NCBI GenBank assembly: GCA_945828315.1
Contig: CALZQA010000004.1
Coordinates: 1,582-65,581, forward strand
Length of the DNA stretch: 64,000 nt
Source of the DNA: an uncultured bacterium
GTDB taxonomy: Bacteria > Bacillota > Clostridia > Lachnospirales > Lachnospiraceae
Reading direction: 5' to 3'
The translations under genes were made by a program, and so were the position numbers. Below the pieces are notes generated by a model. That model was not told the origin of the DNA, did no database searches, and saw only the letters and a list, made by a program, of their open reading frames with translations. Shown in pieces: positions 39,761-50,573 of the stretch; positions within the stretch are counted from its first letter, which is position 1, and each line of letters opens with the position of its first letter.

Positions 39761-41168
39761 CCTCATTTCCTCCATAATACTGTACTTCTAACACCCGTTT
39801 TGTGTGTTCATCCACCTTATAATAATCGCTGATCCGATGACCGATGACCCACATGATATGTGATCCGTCCGCCAAAAGCCACAACCCGTCGCGCTCCGCC
39901 TGAGGGATCTTTTCATTCACCAGATAGTTTTTCAGCTTCTGTCGATGCCCGGCGCTGTCGATGACCAGGAAGTCGCCACTTTGGCGTTTTCGAATCTGCA
40001 CATTACATTCTATTTTATCATAATCAAACCATTTCGTATACTTCTTTTTCGAAATTTCAGTGATCGGAACATGCTCCAATATCTCCATCCGGAGCTGTCC
40101 CGGTGCAATTTCCTTCTCAATCACTTCCGATCCGCTTTTTACAAAAAGTTCCACACCCTCATACGTGCGCCGTGCCCTGACCCGGTACGGAAGCATCAGC
40201 TCGCGCCCGGCCTGATGCGAAAACAGTTCCTGCAGCAATACGATATGCCGCGCGCCCAGATCCTTTGCCCTTCCGCAGACTGTTTCCAGCGCCCGGTAAA
40301 GCACGCGGCGCTGCATAAGGGGCCGCTCCCGCAAAAGCGCATCCTGCACCAACAGCCCGCCCCGGGGCGTTTTCTTTATATAGTGTGCATACAGCGCATC
40401 CGTCTGCTCAGAAAGATACTCCTCGGTCTCCTGCAGCCTCCCGGCGCTCTCACAGAGGTGTCCGATGGCCTGTCCGTTCAACTGCATCAATACCGGTAAC
40501 ACCTCCATGCGCAGCCGGTTTCTGGTATAAGTACTGTCGCCGTTCGTGACATCCTCACGCCAACGGATCCCTTCTTCGCGCAAAAATGCCTCGATCTGCG
40601 CCCGCTCCACAGCAAGCAGCGGTCGGATGATCCTTCCCCGCTTCGGGCGCATGCCGCCCAGTCCTTTGATGTCGCTGCCGCGGATCATCTGCCAAAGTAC
40701 AGTCTCCGCCTGATCCTCCATATGATGTGCCACCGCGATCCGCACATGCCTCATCCCGCCAGCCGGAGCTGTTCTTGCCGTGTCAGCCGCCCACGCGTTC
40801 TCCACTGCCTGTGCCGCCGCCTCAAACGCCCCATAGCGCAGTTCCCGCGCCGACTCCTCAACGGAAATTCCGTGTGTCCCACTGTAACCACGCGCATCGA
40901 CAGTCACCACCTCGCAGGGAATCTCCCGTTTTTCACAGTACTGCCGTACATACGCCGCATCCGCAAGGCTGTCCTCCCCGCGGATTCCATGTTCCACATG
41001 GATCACCCGCAGCTCGAAATCCATCTCTTTTTGATATGACCGCAGCACCTCCAGCAGACACATGGAATCCGCGCCGCCCGACACACCAGCGAAAACAATA
41101 TCTCCCGGTCCGATCAGCCCATTGCTTTCTATATAAGAAAAGATCTTTTGTAAAAACTGTTCCTTCAT
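39753..41168 (-). CDS. tilS: tRNA(Ile)-lysidine synthetase
   Basis: PP-loop motif VFAGVSGGADSMCLL. 471 aa. Conserved position between spoIIE and hpt. Confidence 0.9.
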   Translation of the reverse strand: MKEQFLQKIFSYIESNGLIGPGDIVFAGVSGGADSMCLLEVLRSYQKEMDFELRVIHVEHGIRGEDSLADAAYVRQYCEKREIPCEVVTVDARGYSGTHGISVEESARELRYGAFEAAAQAVENAWAADTARTAPAGGMRHVRIAVAHHMEDQAETVLWQMIRGSDIKGLGGMRPKRGRIIRPLLAVERAQIEAFLREEGIRWREDVTNGDSTYTRNRLRMEVLPVLMQLNGQAIGHLCESAGRLQETEEYLSEQTDALYAHYIKKTPRGGLLVQDALLRERPLMQRRVLYRALETVCGRAKDLGARHIVLLQELFSHQAGRELMLPYRVRARRTYEGVELFVKSGSEVIEKEIAPGQLRMEILEHVPITEISKKKYTKWFDYDKIECNVQIRKRQSGDFLVIDSAGHRQKLKNYLVNEKIPQAERDGLWLLADGSHIMWVIGHRISDYYKVDEHTKRVLEVQYYGGNEDE

Positions 41169-41175
41169 TTTATCC

Positions 41176-43014
41176 CTACTTTTCCCAGATGCCTGCCACC
41201 AGCACGGTCATGTCATCTTTGACCTTTCCGCCGGTAAATAACGTCACCCGCTCCAGTATTTTTTTTGCCATCTCATTTGGATTCGATACATGGATACTCT
41301 CCAGGATCTCGCACATGGTCTGCTCCGGCGACGGGACGTGCAGATGCTCCAGCGCACCGTCTGTCATAAGCACTACATAATCTCCAGCGGAAACATGCGA
41401 ACTCTTCGTCACGATCTGCAGCTCCATGTCGGCGCCCACCGGCAGATTTGCACAGGGAATACACTCTGCCTCCTCGCCGCGCTTGATAAATGCCGCTGCC
41501 GCGCCGATCTTATAAAAAGTGACATCTCCCTGATACAGGTCCACCTCGCAGATATCCATGGTGGAGTAGGAATCTTCCTGATCGTGCAGCACACACGCCG
41601 CATTGAGCATGCGCAGCGCTGTCTCCTCGGAAAATCCCGCCTCCAGAAACCTCTCCATTAACTCTAACACCATTTCGCTTTCCTTACAAGCACTGCTTCC
41701 CGATCCCATGCCGTCAGAGAGCATGAGTACCGCCTGTCCGTCATGATTTTCCACATAGGAAAAGTTGTCACCGGACACTGCTGCTCCGTCCCGTATCAGC
41801 CTCGCCACACCGTAGGTGCTGTGATAGAGCGTATCCTCCTCATAGACAAAGGGACCCGGCAACTTACCGATCAGGGATTTGGAATCCCGGTGCAGCACCA
41901 TATCCAGATCCAGTGCCCGCTCAACCACCTTTGTCAGATCCCGGGCAGAAATGCAGTTGCCCTGTTTGGAACGCGCCTCCACGGACAGCGTAATTCGCCC
42001 GTTCTTTTTTTCCAGCAGACGGATGTTCTGCAGCAGGATCCCCTGCTCCTTTGCCAGATAGCGCAGTGTGGAAAGCGCCGGTTTTTCCTTTTTTGTCAGA
42101 TCGATGGCATCCTTCGTGCAGTCCTGCATGATATATGCCATCGCCTCCATCTGCTCCGCGATCACTGCCCGGTTTTCCAGCAGACGGTTATACCATGCCA
42201 GATTCAGCCGGGCCCGCTCAAACACGCGGGTCGCCTCCATGGCCAGCGCTTCACTGCGGATACAGTGCTCTTCCAGCTGCAGTTTGGATTCCCGTGCCGC
42301 TTTTCCCGCCTGATGCATCGAGGCGAGATACCCGGCCAGCGCCTGATACATCGGTGCATCCGGCTTATCCCAGCACAGGGCACACTGTGCGCAGTCCGCG
42401 CAGATATGACCGGTGATCTCATTATGTATCTTTCCCATTTCCTCCGGAGTAAAATCTTTTTTCTGCATATTCATTCCGGAAAAAAACTGCGCCAGCTCAC
42501 CGAAGGAATCCGCATAGCCCATCAGCCGGTTTTCATCCGTCCCCCTGTCTGCCTCCGGCTCGGGCAGGCGTTCCACCAGAAGCGGCAGCCAGTATAGGAG
42601 TCTGGAAAATACAAATACACTTGCAAAGCAGATCACACCCTCCATCAGCTTGAGGGGCAGGTCGTCCCGTATCGTATTTGTCAGCAGATCCCCGCTGATA
42701 CTGAGCGAGACCGTAATGACCGCAGCTGAGATTGCAGCCGTGAGGACCAGGCATTTATGGTCGATCCACTCACAGATCTTTACCACCAGCCAGATCACGA
42801 CCATTCCGATCGTATAGCGTACCGTATCCGTGACCGGCAGTGTAAACACCATTCCAAGAAACATAACCCCGCCCAACATGGCACGGCCTTCCCCTCGCAA
42901 AAGCGCCGCCGCATAATATGCCGGAAGAAAAGGGTAATAGCCTCCGATGCCAAACCTGCACATCAGCGCTCCGATCAGAGCGATCAGTATTTGTCTGTAG
43001 CTTTCTTTTTTCAT
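41176..43014 (-). CDS. spoIIE: stage II sporulation protein E (PP2C phosphatase), short form
   Basis: GGAGG SD. About 5-6 N-terminal TM helices. C-terminal PP2C domain (SGDNFSYV, MLSDGMGSGSSA, VVLMTDGA, DDMTVLV). Synteny with tilS-hpt-ftsH. Confidence 0.8.
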   Translation of the reverse strand: MKKESYRQILIALIGALMCRFGIGGYYPFLPAYYAAALLRGEGRAMLGGVMFLGMVFTLPVTDTVRYTIGMVVIWLVVKICEWIDHKCLVLTAAISAAVITVSLSISGDLLTNTIRDDLPLKLMEGVICFASVFVFSRLLYWLPLLVERLPEPEADRGTDENRLMGYADSFGELAQFFSGMNMQKKDFTPEEMGKIHNEITGHICADCAQCALCWDKPDAPMYQALAGYLASMHQAGKAARESKLQLEEHCIRSEALAMEATRVFERARLNLAWYNRLLENRAVIAEQMEAMAYIMQDCTKDAIDLTKKEKPALSTLRYLAKEQGILLQNIRLLEKKNGRITLSVEARSKQGNCISARDLTKVVERALDLDMVLHRDSKSLIGKLPGPFVYEEDTLYHSTYGVARLIRDGAAVSGDNFSYVENHDGQAVLMLSDGMGSGSSACKESEMVLELMERFLEAGFSEETALRMLNAACVLHDQEDSYSTMDICEVDLYQGDVTFYKIGAAAAFIKRGEEAECIPCANLPVGADMELQIVTKSSHVSAGDYVVLMTDGALEHLHVPSPEQTMCEILESIHVSNPNEMAKKILERVTLFTGGKVKDDMTVLVAGIWEK

Positions 43015-43047
43015 AATTGCTTACCTCCGCTTTTTTCGTCGAAGGTC

Positions 43048-43080
43048 ATTATAGAAAAGAAAACTTCCATAATTTGTCAA
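43048..43080 (-). promoter_or_regulatory. spoIIE promoter with consensus hexamers and a 21-nt spacer
   Basis: Minus strand reads TTGACA (43080-43075), then AATTATGGAAGTTTTCTTTTC (21 nt), then TATAAT (43053-43048). Confidence 0.5.
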
Positions 43081-43194
43081 AAAAAATATGGGATCTGAAA
43101 AATCGTTCGTCAAAACGCTCCTTCAAATCCCGATTTGAATCGATTATAGGTGCTTCATCCGTTTGAGGTTCTTCACCGTTTCACAGGTTCACGC

Positions 43195-43485
43195 TTACTC
43201 TTTCTCGCGATAAATGATCTCATCGTCATAGAACAGCCCGTATCTGTGTGCTTCTTTCTCAATGTATTCCTGAGACTGCATATTTTTTTCCTGTTCTTCA
43301 AGTTCCTGTTGTCTGGCTTCCTCCTCACTCTTCTGTTCCTCATAGGAAGCCTCTTTCGCTGCCAGCTCCTGGTTTTTATTGTAAAGTTTTACGATCTGGG
43401 TTGACATTAAAGCGATCAGCAGGCATACCATACAGGTAATGCTGAACTTCGCCATCCGGTTTTGCTTTTTTCTGCCTCTGCTCAT
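43195..43485 (-). CDS. divIC: septum formation initiator (DivIC/FtsB family)
   Basis: 96 aa. Basic N-terminus, one TM segment and an E/Q-rich coiled coil. Positioned after yabQ, as in Bacillus. Confidence 0.65.
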   Translation of the reverse strand: MSRGRKKQNRMAKFSITCMVCLLIALMSTQIVKLYNKNQELAAKEASYEEQKSEEEARQQELEEQEKNMQSQEYIEKEAHRYGLFYDDEIIYREKE

Positions 43486-43505
43486 CTACTCACATCCTCT
43501 GTCCG

Positions 43506-43988
43506 TTATAGTTTACATAAGCTCATTTTAACCATCTTCCAGAGCTTTTTCAACCGTTTTTTCTGACATGTCCATACTTTTCCACAAAAATCCTGCCCTT
43601 TTCTCTGTTTCATGCGCAAAAAAGCCGCCGCACGGCGCACCGGTCGAAGCAACACGCCGAGCACCCGCTGAAGAAAACGGATGATATAGGGCACGCAGAT
43701 CCTGCTGAAACTACAGGCATAGAGTATCATGCCTGCCAAAAGTCCGCCAAACACATATCCTCTGAGCCGCCCGTCATTTTTATCATACAGCTGAACAAAC
43801 ACCACGACGGCCACATAGATCCAATAAACCAGGTCCTCCAGGTTGATGAGGAATGTTCCATGGGGAATGATACCCCGAATGATACGAAGCACATCATAAC
43901 ACGCAGCCAGAAACACGCCCACCAGAAAAAAACAACACAAAAGTGCCAGCTCCTCGTAAATGCCGGCACTGACCATACGTATCTGCAT
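43506..43988 (-). CDS. yabQ: spore cortex biosynthesis protein YabQ
   Basis: Polytopic small membrane protein. The start overlaps the yabP stop (ATGA at 43986-43990). Confidence 0.65.
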   Translation of the reverse strand: MQIRMVSAGIYEELALLCCFFLVGVFLAACYDVLRIIRGIIPHGTFLINLEDLVYWIYVAVVVFVQLYDKNDGRLRGYVFGGLLAGMILYACSFSRICVPYIIRFLQRVLGVLLRPVRRAAAFLRMKQRKGQDFCGKVWTCQKKRLKKLWKMVKMSLCKL

Positions 43989-44269
43989 CAGCGGAAAATA
44001 CGGCTCAACAGAGATTCTCCCTTGTGAGCATTCGACACATCAGAATAGGACAGCGCGTCTATTTTTCCTGCGATATCCACCTCTCCTTTTTCCAGTGAAA
44101 GGCGGTTCACATGCAGATCTTTTCCCTTGATCAATAACATGCCCTGCTCTGTTTCAAGCAGGATCTCGCTAACATCAAAAGAAAGCACATCTACGATTCC
44201 GCTGAAGCTGCCGTTCTGGCGGTTATTCATCAATACCCGGTGGGTATGTGTTCCCATTTTTTCATCCAT
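43988..44269 (-). CDS. yabP: sporulation protein YabP
   Basis: HRVLMNNRQNGSFSGIVDVLSFDVSEILLETEQGMLLIKGKDLHVNRLSLEKGEVDIAG matches the YabP pattern. Confidence 0.8.
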   Translation of the reverse strand: MDEKMGTHTHRVLMNNRQNGSFSGIVDVLSFDVSEILLETEQGMLLIKGKDLHVNRLSLEKGEVDIAGKIDALSYSDVSNAHKGESLLSRIFR

Positions 44270-44320
44270 AGTTCCAAGCCCTCCATGTTAAAATCTATGC
44301 AGGGCATGGTTCAAATAGAC

Positions 44321-44560
44321 TTAAAGATACTCAAAAAGCTCAGCTGCTTCGTCTTTTTTGGTCGTCTGGGCGATGGCCTTCACCCGTACCTTTACCGTTT
44401 TTGTTCCAAATTGGATCTCTATGATGTCGCCTTCTTTGACATTCAGGGATGCCTTCGCCACCTTGCCGTTTACCAGTACACGGCCGGCATCACATGCCTC
44501 GTTTGCGATCGTGCGCCGCTTGATCAGGCGGGACACCTTTAGAAATTTGTCGAGTCTCAT
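44321..44560 (-). CDS. S4-domain RNA-binding protein (YabO/Hsp15-like)
   Basis: MRLDKFLKVSRLIKRRTIANEACDAGRVLVNGKVAK. 79 aa. Confidence 0.85.
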   Translation of the reverse strand: MRLDKFLKVSRLIKRRTIANEACDAGRVLVNGKVAKASLNVKEGDIIEIQFGTKTVKVRVKAIAQTTKKDEAAELFEYL

Positions 44561-44583
44561 CTTATTTTTCCTTTCCTATTACA

Positions 44584-44618
44584 ATAAAACAAGCGGGCCT
44601 CTTTCTACAGAAGCCCGC
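44584..44618 (-). terminator. rho-independent terminator after the HU gene
   Basis: Minus strand reads GCGGGCTTCT-GTAGAA-AGAGGCCCGC followed by TTGTTTTAT. Confidence 0.7.
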
Positions 44619-44641
44619 CCGAAAATTCTATTCTTTACGAA

Positions 44642-44917
44642 TTAAGCGTTTACGCTATCCTTTAAAGCCTTACCAGCTTTGAACTTGGGAGCCTTAGATG
44701 CAGGGATGGTCATCTCCTTGCCGGTCTGAGGATTTCTTCCGGTTCTAGCTGCACGCTCAGATACCTCAAATGTACCGAAGCCTACTAACTGGATCTTCTC
44801 GCCCTTCTTTAACTCTTCTGCTACTACATCAGTGAAAGCCTTTAAAGCTGCCTCTGCGTCCTTCTTTGATAATCCTGTCTTATCAGCCATTGCTGATACT
44901 AATTCCATCTTATTCAT
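44642..44917 (-). CDS. hup: HU family DNA-binding protein
   Basis: [28 protein letters not shown]...[28 protein letters not shown]. 91 aa. Confidence 0.95.
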   Translation of the reverse strand: MNKMELVSAMADKTGLSKKDAEAALKAFTDVVAEELKKGEKIQLVGFGTFEVSERAARTGRNPQTGKEMTIPASKAPKFKAGKALKDSVNA

Positions 44918-45068
44918 GGTTTGTGTCCTCCTATTGGATTTCTATTCTTTTCTTGTCTTTAAAATGCCGATACTCCGTCCATTCCGAAATACCTACGCAT
45001 ATATTTATACTTGGTTTTCGGGGGCTTGTCAAGATGATTTGCCTATTTTCCCAAGAAAATGGCACATT

Positions 45069-46805
45069 TTAGATCATTTTCCGGATCATTGCCAAAACAT
45101 TTTCGCCAAGCGCTTTTGATTTCGCATCTGCATCCTCCAGAGAAGTTCCTTTGACTCCAAGGTAGAATTTTACCTTCGGCTCGGTTCCTGAAGGGCGAAC
45201 ACATACCCATGCATCATCCGTCAGTTCATAATAAAGCACGTTTGATCCGGGAAGTCCGGTAGGCTTCTCCTCGCCGGTCTTTACATCCTTGATCGTTCCC
45301 TCTTTGTAATCGCGCACAGCTGTTACTTCATAGCCGCCGATCTCCTTCGGAGCATCCGCACGCAGCGTATTCATGATCTCCTGGATCTTTGCAAGGCCTT
45401 CGATACCCTTAAGTGTGATAGACTCTACGTGATCCTTGTAGTAGCCATAGCGCTCATACATCTCGATCATCGCATCCCAGAGTGTCATGTTTTTCGTCTT
45501 GTAGTAAGCAGCTGCCTCGCACAATGTCATGGAAGCAACGACTGCATCCTTATCTCTTGCATAAGTTCCGGTCAGACAGCCGTAACTCTCCTCCATACCG
45601 AACAGATAGGTTCCCTTGCCCTCGTTCTCGAACTTCAAGATCTGCTGTCCGATAAACTTGAAACCGGTCAGCACCTCGATCAGCTGAATACCATAGTATT
45701 TTGCAATGGCGTCTGCCATATTTGTTGACACGATGGATTTGATAAATGCGCCGTCCTCGGGCAGTTTGCCGTCACGCGCCTTGCGCTGGCTGATCACATA
45801 GTCACCAATCAGGCAGCCGGACATATTTCCGGTCAGGGAATGATACTCGCCGGTCTTTGAATCCTTTACATATACGCCAAGACGGTCTGCATCGGGATCT
45901 GTTGCAAGGATCAGATCTGCATTTACTTCCTTTCCAAGCTTCAGACCAAGCTGGAATGCCTCTTCTGTCTCCGGGTTCGGATAGCTGACAGTGGGGAAAT
46001 CGCCATCCGGCAATTCCTGCTCGGGCACAACGTAAACCTTTGTAAAGCCCAGCTCTTTTAATACACGGCGTACCGGAATATTTCCTGTGCCGTGTAACGG
46101 TGTATAGACGATCGTCAGATCATCCTTTACCGCATCAATGCAGTCCTGATGCAGCACGAGGCTCTTTAATTCTGCGATGTAGGGATCGTCGATGTCCGCA
46201 CCGATCTGCTGATACATGCCTGCAGCAATGGCCGCAGACTTGTCCATCGTCTTTACAGTCGCATAGTCCGTAACCTTTTTCACCTCATCCATGATACCGC
46301 TGTCGTGCGGCGGTGTGATCTGTGCACCATCCTCCCAGTATACCTTATAACCGTTGTACTCCGGCGGATTGTGGCTGGCAGTGATATTGATACCTGCGAT
46401 ACAGCCCAGTTTACGGACTGCGTATGACAGCTCGGGCGTCGGGCGAAGGCTCTCGAACACGTATGCCTTTATGCCGTTTGCTGCAAGACAAAGTGCTGCT
46501 TCATCCGCAAATTCCGGTGACATATGGCGGGAATCAAATGCAATGGCTACGCCTTTTTTCTCGCCTCCCACACCCAAAATATAGTTTGCAAGTCCCTGTG
46601 TTGCCTTGCGCACGGTATAAATGTTCATACGGTTCGTTCCGGCTCCGATGACTCCGCGAAGTCCTGCCGTTCCAAACTCCAGATCCATGTAAAAGCGATC
46701 CTCGATCTCTTTTTCGTCCCCCTCAATTGCCTTTAATTCTGCTTTTGTCTCAGCATCAAAGTACGGATTGTTCAGCCACTCCTCATACATTGCCTTGTAG
46801 TCCAT
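45069..46805 (-). CDS. phosphoglucomutase / phosphomannomutase family protein
   Basis: Phosphoserine loop GINITASHNPPEYNGYKV. Mg loop ATDPDADR. 578 aa. Confidence 0.9.
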   Translation of the reverse strand: MDYKAMYEEWLNNPYFDAETKAELKAIEGDEKEIEDRFYMDLEFGTAGLRGVIGAGTNRMNIYTVRKATQGLANYILGVGGEKKGVAIAFDSRHMSPEFADEAALCLAANGIKAYVFESLRPTPELSYAVRKLGCIAGINITASHNPPEYNGYKVYWEDGAQITPPHDSGIMDEVKKVTDYATVKTMDKSAAIAAGMYQQIGADIDDPYIAELKSLVLHQDCIDAVKDDLTIVYTPLHGTGNIPVRRVLKELGFTKVYVVPEQELPDGDFPTVSYPNPETEEAFQLGLKLGKEVNADLILATDPDADRLGVYVKDSKTGEYHSLTGNMSGCLIGDYVISQRKARDGKLPEDGAFIKSIVSTNMADAIAKYYGIQLIEVLTGFKFIGQQILKFENEGKGTYLFGMEESYGCLTGTYARDKDAVVASMTLCEAAAYYKTKNMTLWDAMIEMYERYGYYKDHVESITLKGIEGLAKIQEIMNTLRADAPKEIGGYEVTAVRDYKEGTIKDVKTGEEKPTGLPGSNVLYYELTDDAWVCVRPSGTEPKVKFYLGVKGTSLEDADAKSKALGENVLAMIRKMI

Positions 46806-46906
46806 TTGTTTCCCTCCTAAATACTTATCATGATATTATGGTTTTTATCTCAAGCCGCGTTCCGCAGCCTGTATACTGCCTCATTAAACCGTTTTCCGCC
46901 GGATCT

Positions 46907-48166
46907 CTATTCATCTTTCATATCCGCAAGTGATTTGATCAGATCCGCGATCGTGTCCAAATAATCGCTGTAGTCACCGGTGCTGCTGCCTGTCGCATCT
47001 GCCGTGCTTGTCCCCTTTTCCTCGCTGCTGACTGTCTCGCTGTCATCCGTGCTTTCGGATACGGCGGAACCCGAGATCAAGCTGCTTCCATCCGCAGACT
47101 CCTGTGCATCCTCCTGCTCATCTTCCTGTGCCAGCTCCGGCTCACCGATCTGGATCGTCGCCTCCTTGGAGTGGATCACCAGCTGACGCTCCCACGTCTC
47201 AAAGCCATCTGCGATCACCGTCAGGCTGTACACGCCATAGCGCAGCTCCACAGGCTGATCGTATTCCACCGGTTCACCATCTATGTAGAGCAGGGCATCC
47301 TGTACATGGATCTCAAATGTCACAAGACAGGTCTTCGGCCCTTCACCCTTATACTCATTCAGATCCACCGTCGTCACCTGGGCACGCTCCACCTCGATCG
47401 TCTTGCTGTCCCCATAGCCATCATTTGCCACAGACAGCTCATAAGTGCCTTCCGGTACCTCAAGTGTCATATCCGGTGTGACCTTCGCATAGATCTTCGT
47501 TCCGAGGCTGATCCAGCCACCCTCAAACAATTCCGTGTTCGTCAGCGCGATCGTACCGTGTCCGGTGGTCACCTGTACGGACAGGATCTGTTTATCCAGC
47601 CCCTGCACGCTGATCACATCATTTTCACTCACCTGTTCCAGAGAGATCTCCTGATCGCCGGAAAACACCCGCAGATGCTCATCATACCGATACTTTGTAT
47701 CTCCGATGACCAGCATGCCGATGGATGGATCCACGGAAAACCGTGTGATGTTTTCCTGATACCAGGCAGACCGGGCAAGCTGTATGGTGGTAAGCTTTGC
47801 TTCATCATCCAATTCGCCTATTGTTACCACCCGCCCGGGCACAAGCTTTGCAGTCGACATAAATTGTCCGTGATCATCCAGGATCTGCGTCGCCTGCGTG
47901 TAGCCATACTGGACCGTCCGCGGAGAATCCGGCAGGGCAAGCCCAATGAGGCGCTTTTCGGTATCGATACTGATCACCACGTAAATTTCATCATTCGTCC
48001 GTGCTGCCTCCATATCCCCCATCTCATCATCGGATGCTTCCGCTGTTTCCGGAACAGCTTCCGGGTATTGATCCATCGAGATCGTTCCGGAGGTTTTTGC
48101 ACCACAGCCGCAGAGCAGCAGCATACATGAAATTGTCATTATCATCTGTAAAAATCGCTTGCTCAT
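46907..48166 (-). CDS. lipoprotein with PEGA-like domains and acidic C-terminal tail
   Basis: Lipobox LLCGC. Two PEGA-like units (LEVPEGTYELSVANDGYG; LRYGVYSLTVIADGFETWERQLVI). D/E/S-rich C-terminus. Confidence 0.55.
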   Translation of the reverse strand: MSKRFLQMIMTISCMLLLCGCGAKTSGTISMDQYPEAVPETAEASDDEMGDMEAARTNDEIYVVISIDTEKRLIGLALPDSPRTVQYGYTQATQILDDHGQFMSTAKLVPGRVVTIGELDDEAKLTTIQLARSAWYQENITRFSVDPSIGMLVIGDTKYRYDEHLRVFSGDQEISLEQVSENDVISVQGLDKQILSVQVTTGHGTIALTNTELFEGGWISLGTKIYAKVTPDMTLEVPEGTYELSVANDGYGDSKTIEVERAQVTTVDLNEYKGEGPKTCLVTFEIHVQDALLYIDGEPVEYDQPVELRYGVYSLTVIADGFETWERQLVIHSKEATIQIGEPELAQEDEQEDAQESADGSSLISGSAVSESTDDSETVSSEEKGTSTADATGSSTGDYSDYLDTIADLIKSLADMKDE

Positions 48167-48181
48167 GATTTTTATTATAAA

Positions 48182-49159
48182 CTATTTTATGAGATAAAAC
48201 AACATCGATAAAAACTCCTCACGTTTTATTTCCTGTTCGGACAAGCGCGTGAGCTTTTCAATATCCCGCAGGGAAACCCAGGTCTTGCGCGCATTGTAGT
48301 AGTGGTTGACGATCTTCCAGAATTTTTCCGGGTAGAGAAGCTTAAGGTAAAGCTGGCAGAGCTCCCAGGGGGCAAGCTCGCGCACCGAGTTGTACGCCAT
48401 CACCATGTCCATGCCAAGCCCACTGCTCCAGTTATGCTTTTCCAGTATCTTTCGCATAAAATTTGTCAGATCGGACACACAGAGATCATACCGGATCTTC
48501 TCAAATCCGACCACTGCCAGCCCATCCCGCGTAAACAACAGGTTATGCTGATTGAAATCGCCGTGACAAAGCTGCACGGATCCCTCCGGCACACACTGCA
48601 TCTTCTCCATCTCCAGCACCTTTTCCGCCTGCTCCATATAGTGCTCATATCCCTGAAGAAATTCGCTTTCAAACTCATTTTTCTTTTTTTTCGCCCGCAC
48701 ATAGTTTTTCACTTTTTTCAGTTCCCGCGTATGTTTCTGTGCAAGGCTTTGCGGCACTGTGAACAGCACTTCTCCCTGCGCCCCGCTTGCAGGCCGGAAA
48801 CCGGCCAGCAGACAGTGCAGCTTTGCCATATGTCTGGTAACGCAAAGAATCTCCTCCGTATTTCGTGTGTCGCACTCGCGTCCCTGAAAGGTTTTTCGCA
48901 AAAAATAGGATATCCCGTCGATGTCGGTATAGAGAAGCGTACCCTCACTCGTTCGCACCAGTTCTTCCGCCAAAAAGCCCTGCTCCTTCAGATAACGCAG
49001 GGTCTCCTCCAAAAGTTCCAGCCGGCGCACAGAGCCTGTATACTCCTTAAGCAGATAGATCCCGTCCCTGTCCGTGCAGAGAATAGACCCGCGTCCTTTC
49101 ATATTCCCTGTGAATTCCTTCGGATATGCACTCAGAATCTGCTCTGCTCGATAATACAT
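48182..49159 (-). CDS. CotS-family spore coat protein / APH-fold kinase
   Basis: Start set at MYYRAEQIL with GGAGGGG 8 nt upstream. Catalytic loop LCHGDFNQHNLLF. Confidence 0.7.
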   Translation of the reverse strand: MYYRAEQILSAYPKEFTGNMKGRGSILCTDRDGIYLLKEYTGSVRRLELLEETLRYLKEQGFLAEELVRTSEGTLLYTDIDGISYFLRKTFQGRECDTRNTEEILCVTRHMAKLHCLLAGFRPASGAQGEVLFTVPQSLAQKHTRELKKVKNYVRAKKKKNEFESEFLQGYEHYMEQAEKVLEMEKMQCVPEGSVQLCHGDFNQHNLLFTRDGLAVVGFEKIRYDLCVSDLTNFMRKILEKHNWSSGLGMDMVMAYNSVRELAPWELCQLYLKLLYPEKFWKIVNHYYNARKTWVSLRDIEKLTRLSEQEIKREEFLSMLFYLIK

Positions 49160-49231
49160 AAGAAACCCCTCCAATAGATTTAAGTGACGCGTTTTCCCGT
49201 CCTCTCCAATCTTATGAAAGGGTTTCTTATT

Positions 49232-50557
49232 TTATGCTTTATCCAGCTGTGAAAGCAGATACTCTCTCGTATTGCACTCCGGATCCTCCAGCACAAGCTC
49301 CAGCAGTGCGTGCAGCTTTTCTCCGATGGCTCTGCCCTGGGGCACACCTGCCGTCAAAAGATCCGAACCGTCCACCGCGAGATCTTTGATGGACAGACAT
49401 TGCTTCTTCTCTAAGATCTGCCTGTAAACCGCCTCGTAATCATCTACATAACGCAGTTTTTCCTCTTTTTTGTAATCACTCTGAGCACGGATATCCGCCC
49501 GCTTGACCGCGAAAATATCCGGATACTGTGCCTCGCCAACCCGGCAGATGGCACGTCTTACGTTACGTTCGGTCAACGGCGGATTGTCATCATGCCAGCG
49601 GATGAGCTGTGTCACCCGCGCAGTCGTCTCATTGTCCATCTTGAGCCGGCGCAGGATCTTTCTTGCCATCTCCGCCCCCTGGGCAGGGTGTCCGTGAAAA
49701 TGGTCGATCCCGTTCTCATCCGTCGTCTTGCAGAAAGGCTTCGCCACATCATGCAGCAGCATTGCCAGACGCAGTACCTTATCTCCCGGTACCTCCAAAA
49801 GACTGTGCAGCGTGTGTTCTCCCACACTATAACAGTGGTGCGGGTTGTTCTGCCCGGTCTCCATCATGCGGTCCAGCTCCGGCAGAAAATACGCGCTGAG
49901 ACCCGTCTCATAAAAAAGGTGAATCGTCTGCGGATGCATACTTGTCAGCGTTTTCAGCAGCTCTGTCTGGATACGCTCCGCACTGATCCTTTGGATCGTG
50001 AAAGCCAGTTCGCAGATCGCTTCCCGTGTATGCTCTTCGATAGAAAATCCAAGCTGCGCCGAAAAGCGGATCGCCCGCATCATGCGCAGCGCATCTTCCG
50101 TAAAGCGCTCTGTCGGCTCTCCGACGCATCGGATCACGCCTTTTTCCAGATCCTCTCTGCCATTAAAGAGGTCGACCAGTCCTTTTGTCTCATTATATGC
50201 CATCGCATTGATCGTAAAGTCGCGGCGCATAAGATCATCCGAGAGACTCCCTGTAAAACTTACTTCTTTCGGGTGTCTGCCGTCCTCGTATTCTCCGTCG
50301 ATCCGGTAAGTCGTCACCTCGTAGCCGGTGTGATCCAGCATGATGGTCACGGTTCCGTGCTTCAGTCCGGTGTCGATCGTGCGGCGAAACAATGCTTTCA
50401 CCTGCAGCGGCTTCGCGTTCGTGGTGATATCCCAGTCCTGTGGAACACGCCCCAGCAGTGCGTCACGCACACAGCCGCCGACCGCATAGCCCTCGTAGCC
50501 GTTTTCCTCTAATGTGTGCAGGATGAATTTTACGTGATCCGGTAAGTTGATGTTCAT
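49232..50557 (-). CDS. cca: CCA tRNA nucleotidyltransferase
   Basis: Start set at MNINLPDHV (TAGGAG upstream). The longer ORF would overlap proS. Motif AVGGCVRDALLG, plus HD domain LLHDVAKP. Confidence 0.9.
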   Translation of the reverse strand: MNINLPDHVKFILHTLEENGYEGYAVGGCVRDALLGRVPQDWDITTNAKPLQVKALFRRTIDTGLKHGTVTIMLDHTGYEVTTYRIDGEYEDGRHPKEVSFTGSLSDDLMRRDFTINAMAYNETKGLVDLFNGREDLEKGVIRCVGEPTERFTEDALRMMRAIRFSAQLGFSIEEHTREAICELAFTIQRISAERIQTELLKTLTSMHPQTIHLFYETGLSAYFLPELDRMMETGQNNPHHCYSVGEHTLHSLLEVPGDKVLRLAMLLHDVAKPFCKTTDENGIDHFHGHPAQGAEMARKILRRLKMDNETTARVTQLIRWHDDNPPLTERNVRRAICRVGEAQYPDIFAVKRADIRAQSDYKKEEKLRYVDDYEAVYRQILEKKQCLSIKDLAVDGSDLLTAGVPQGRAIGEKLHALLELVLEDPECNTREYLLSQLDKA

Positions 50558-50573
50558 GAATGCTCCTATAATT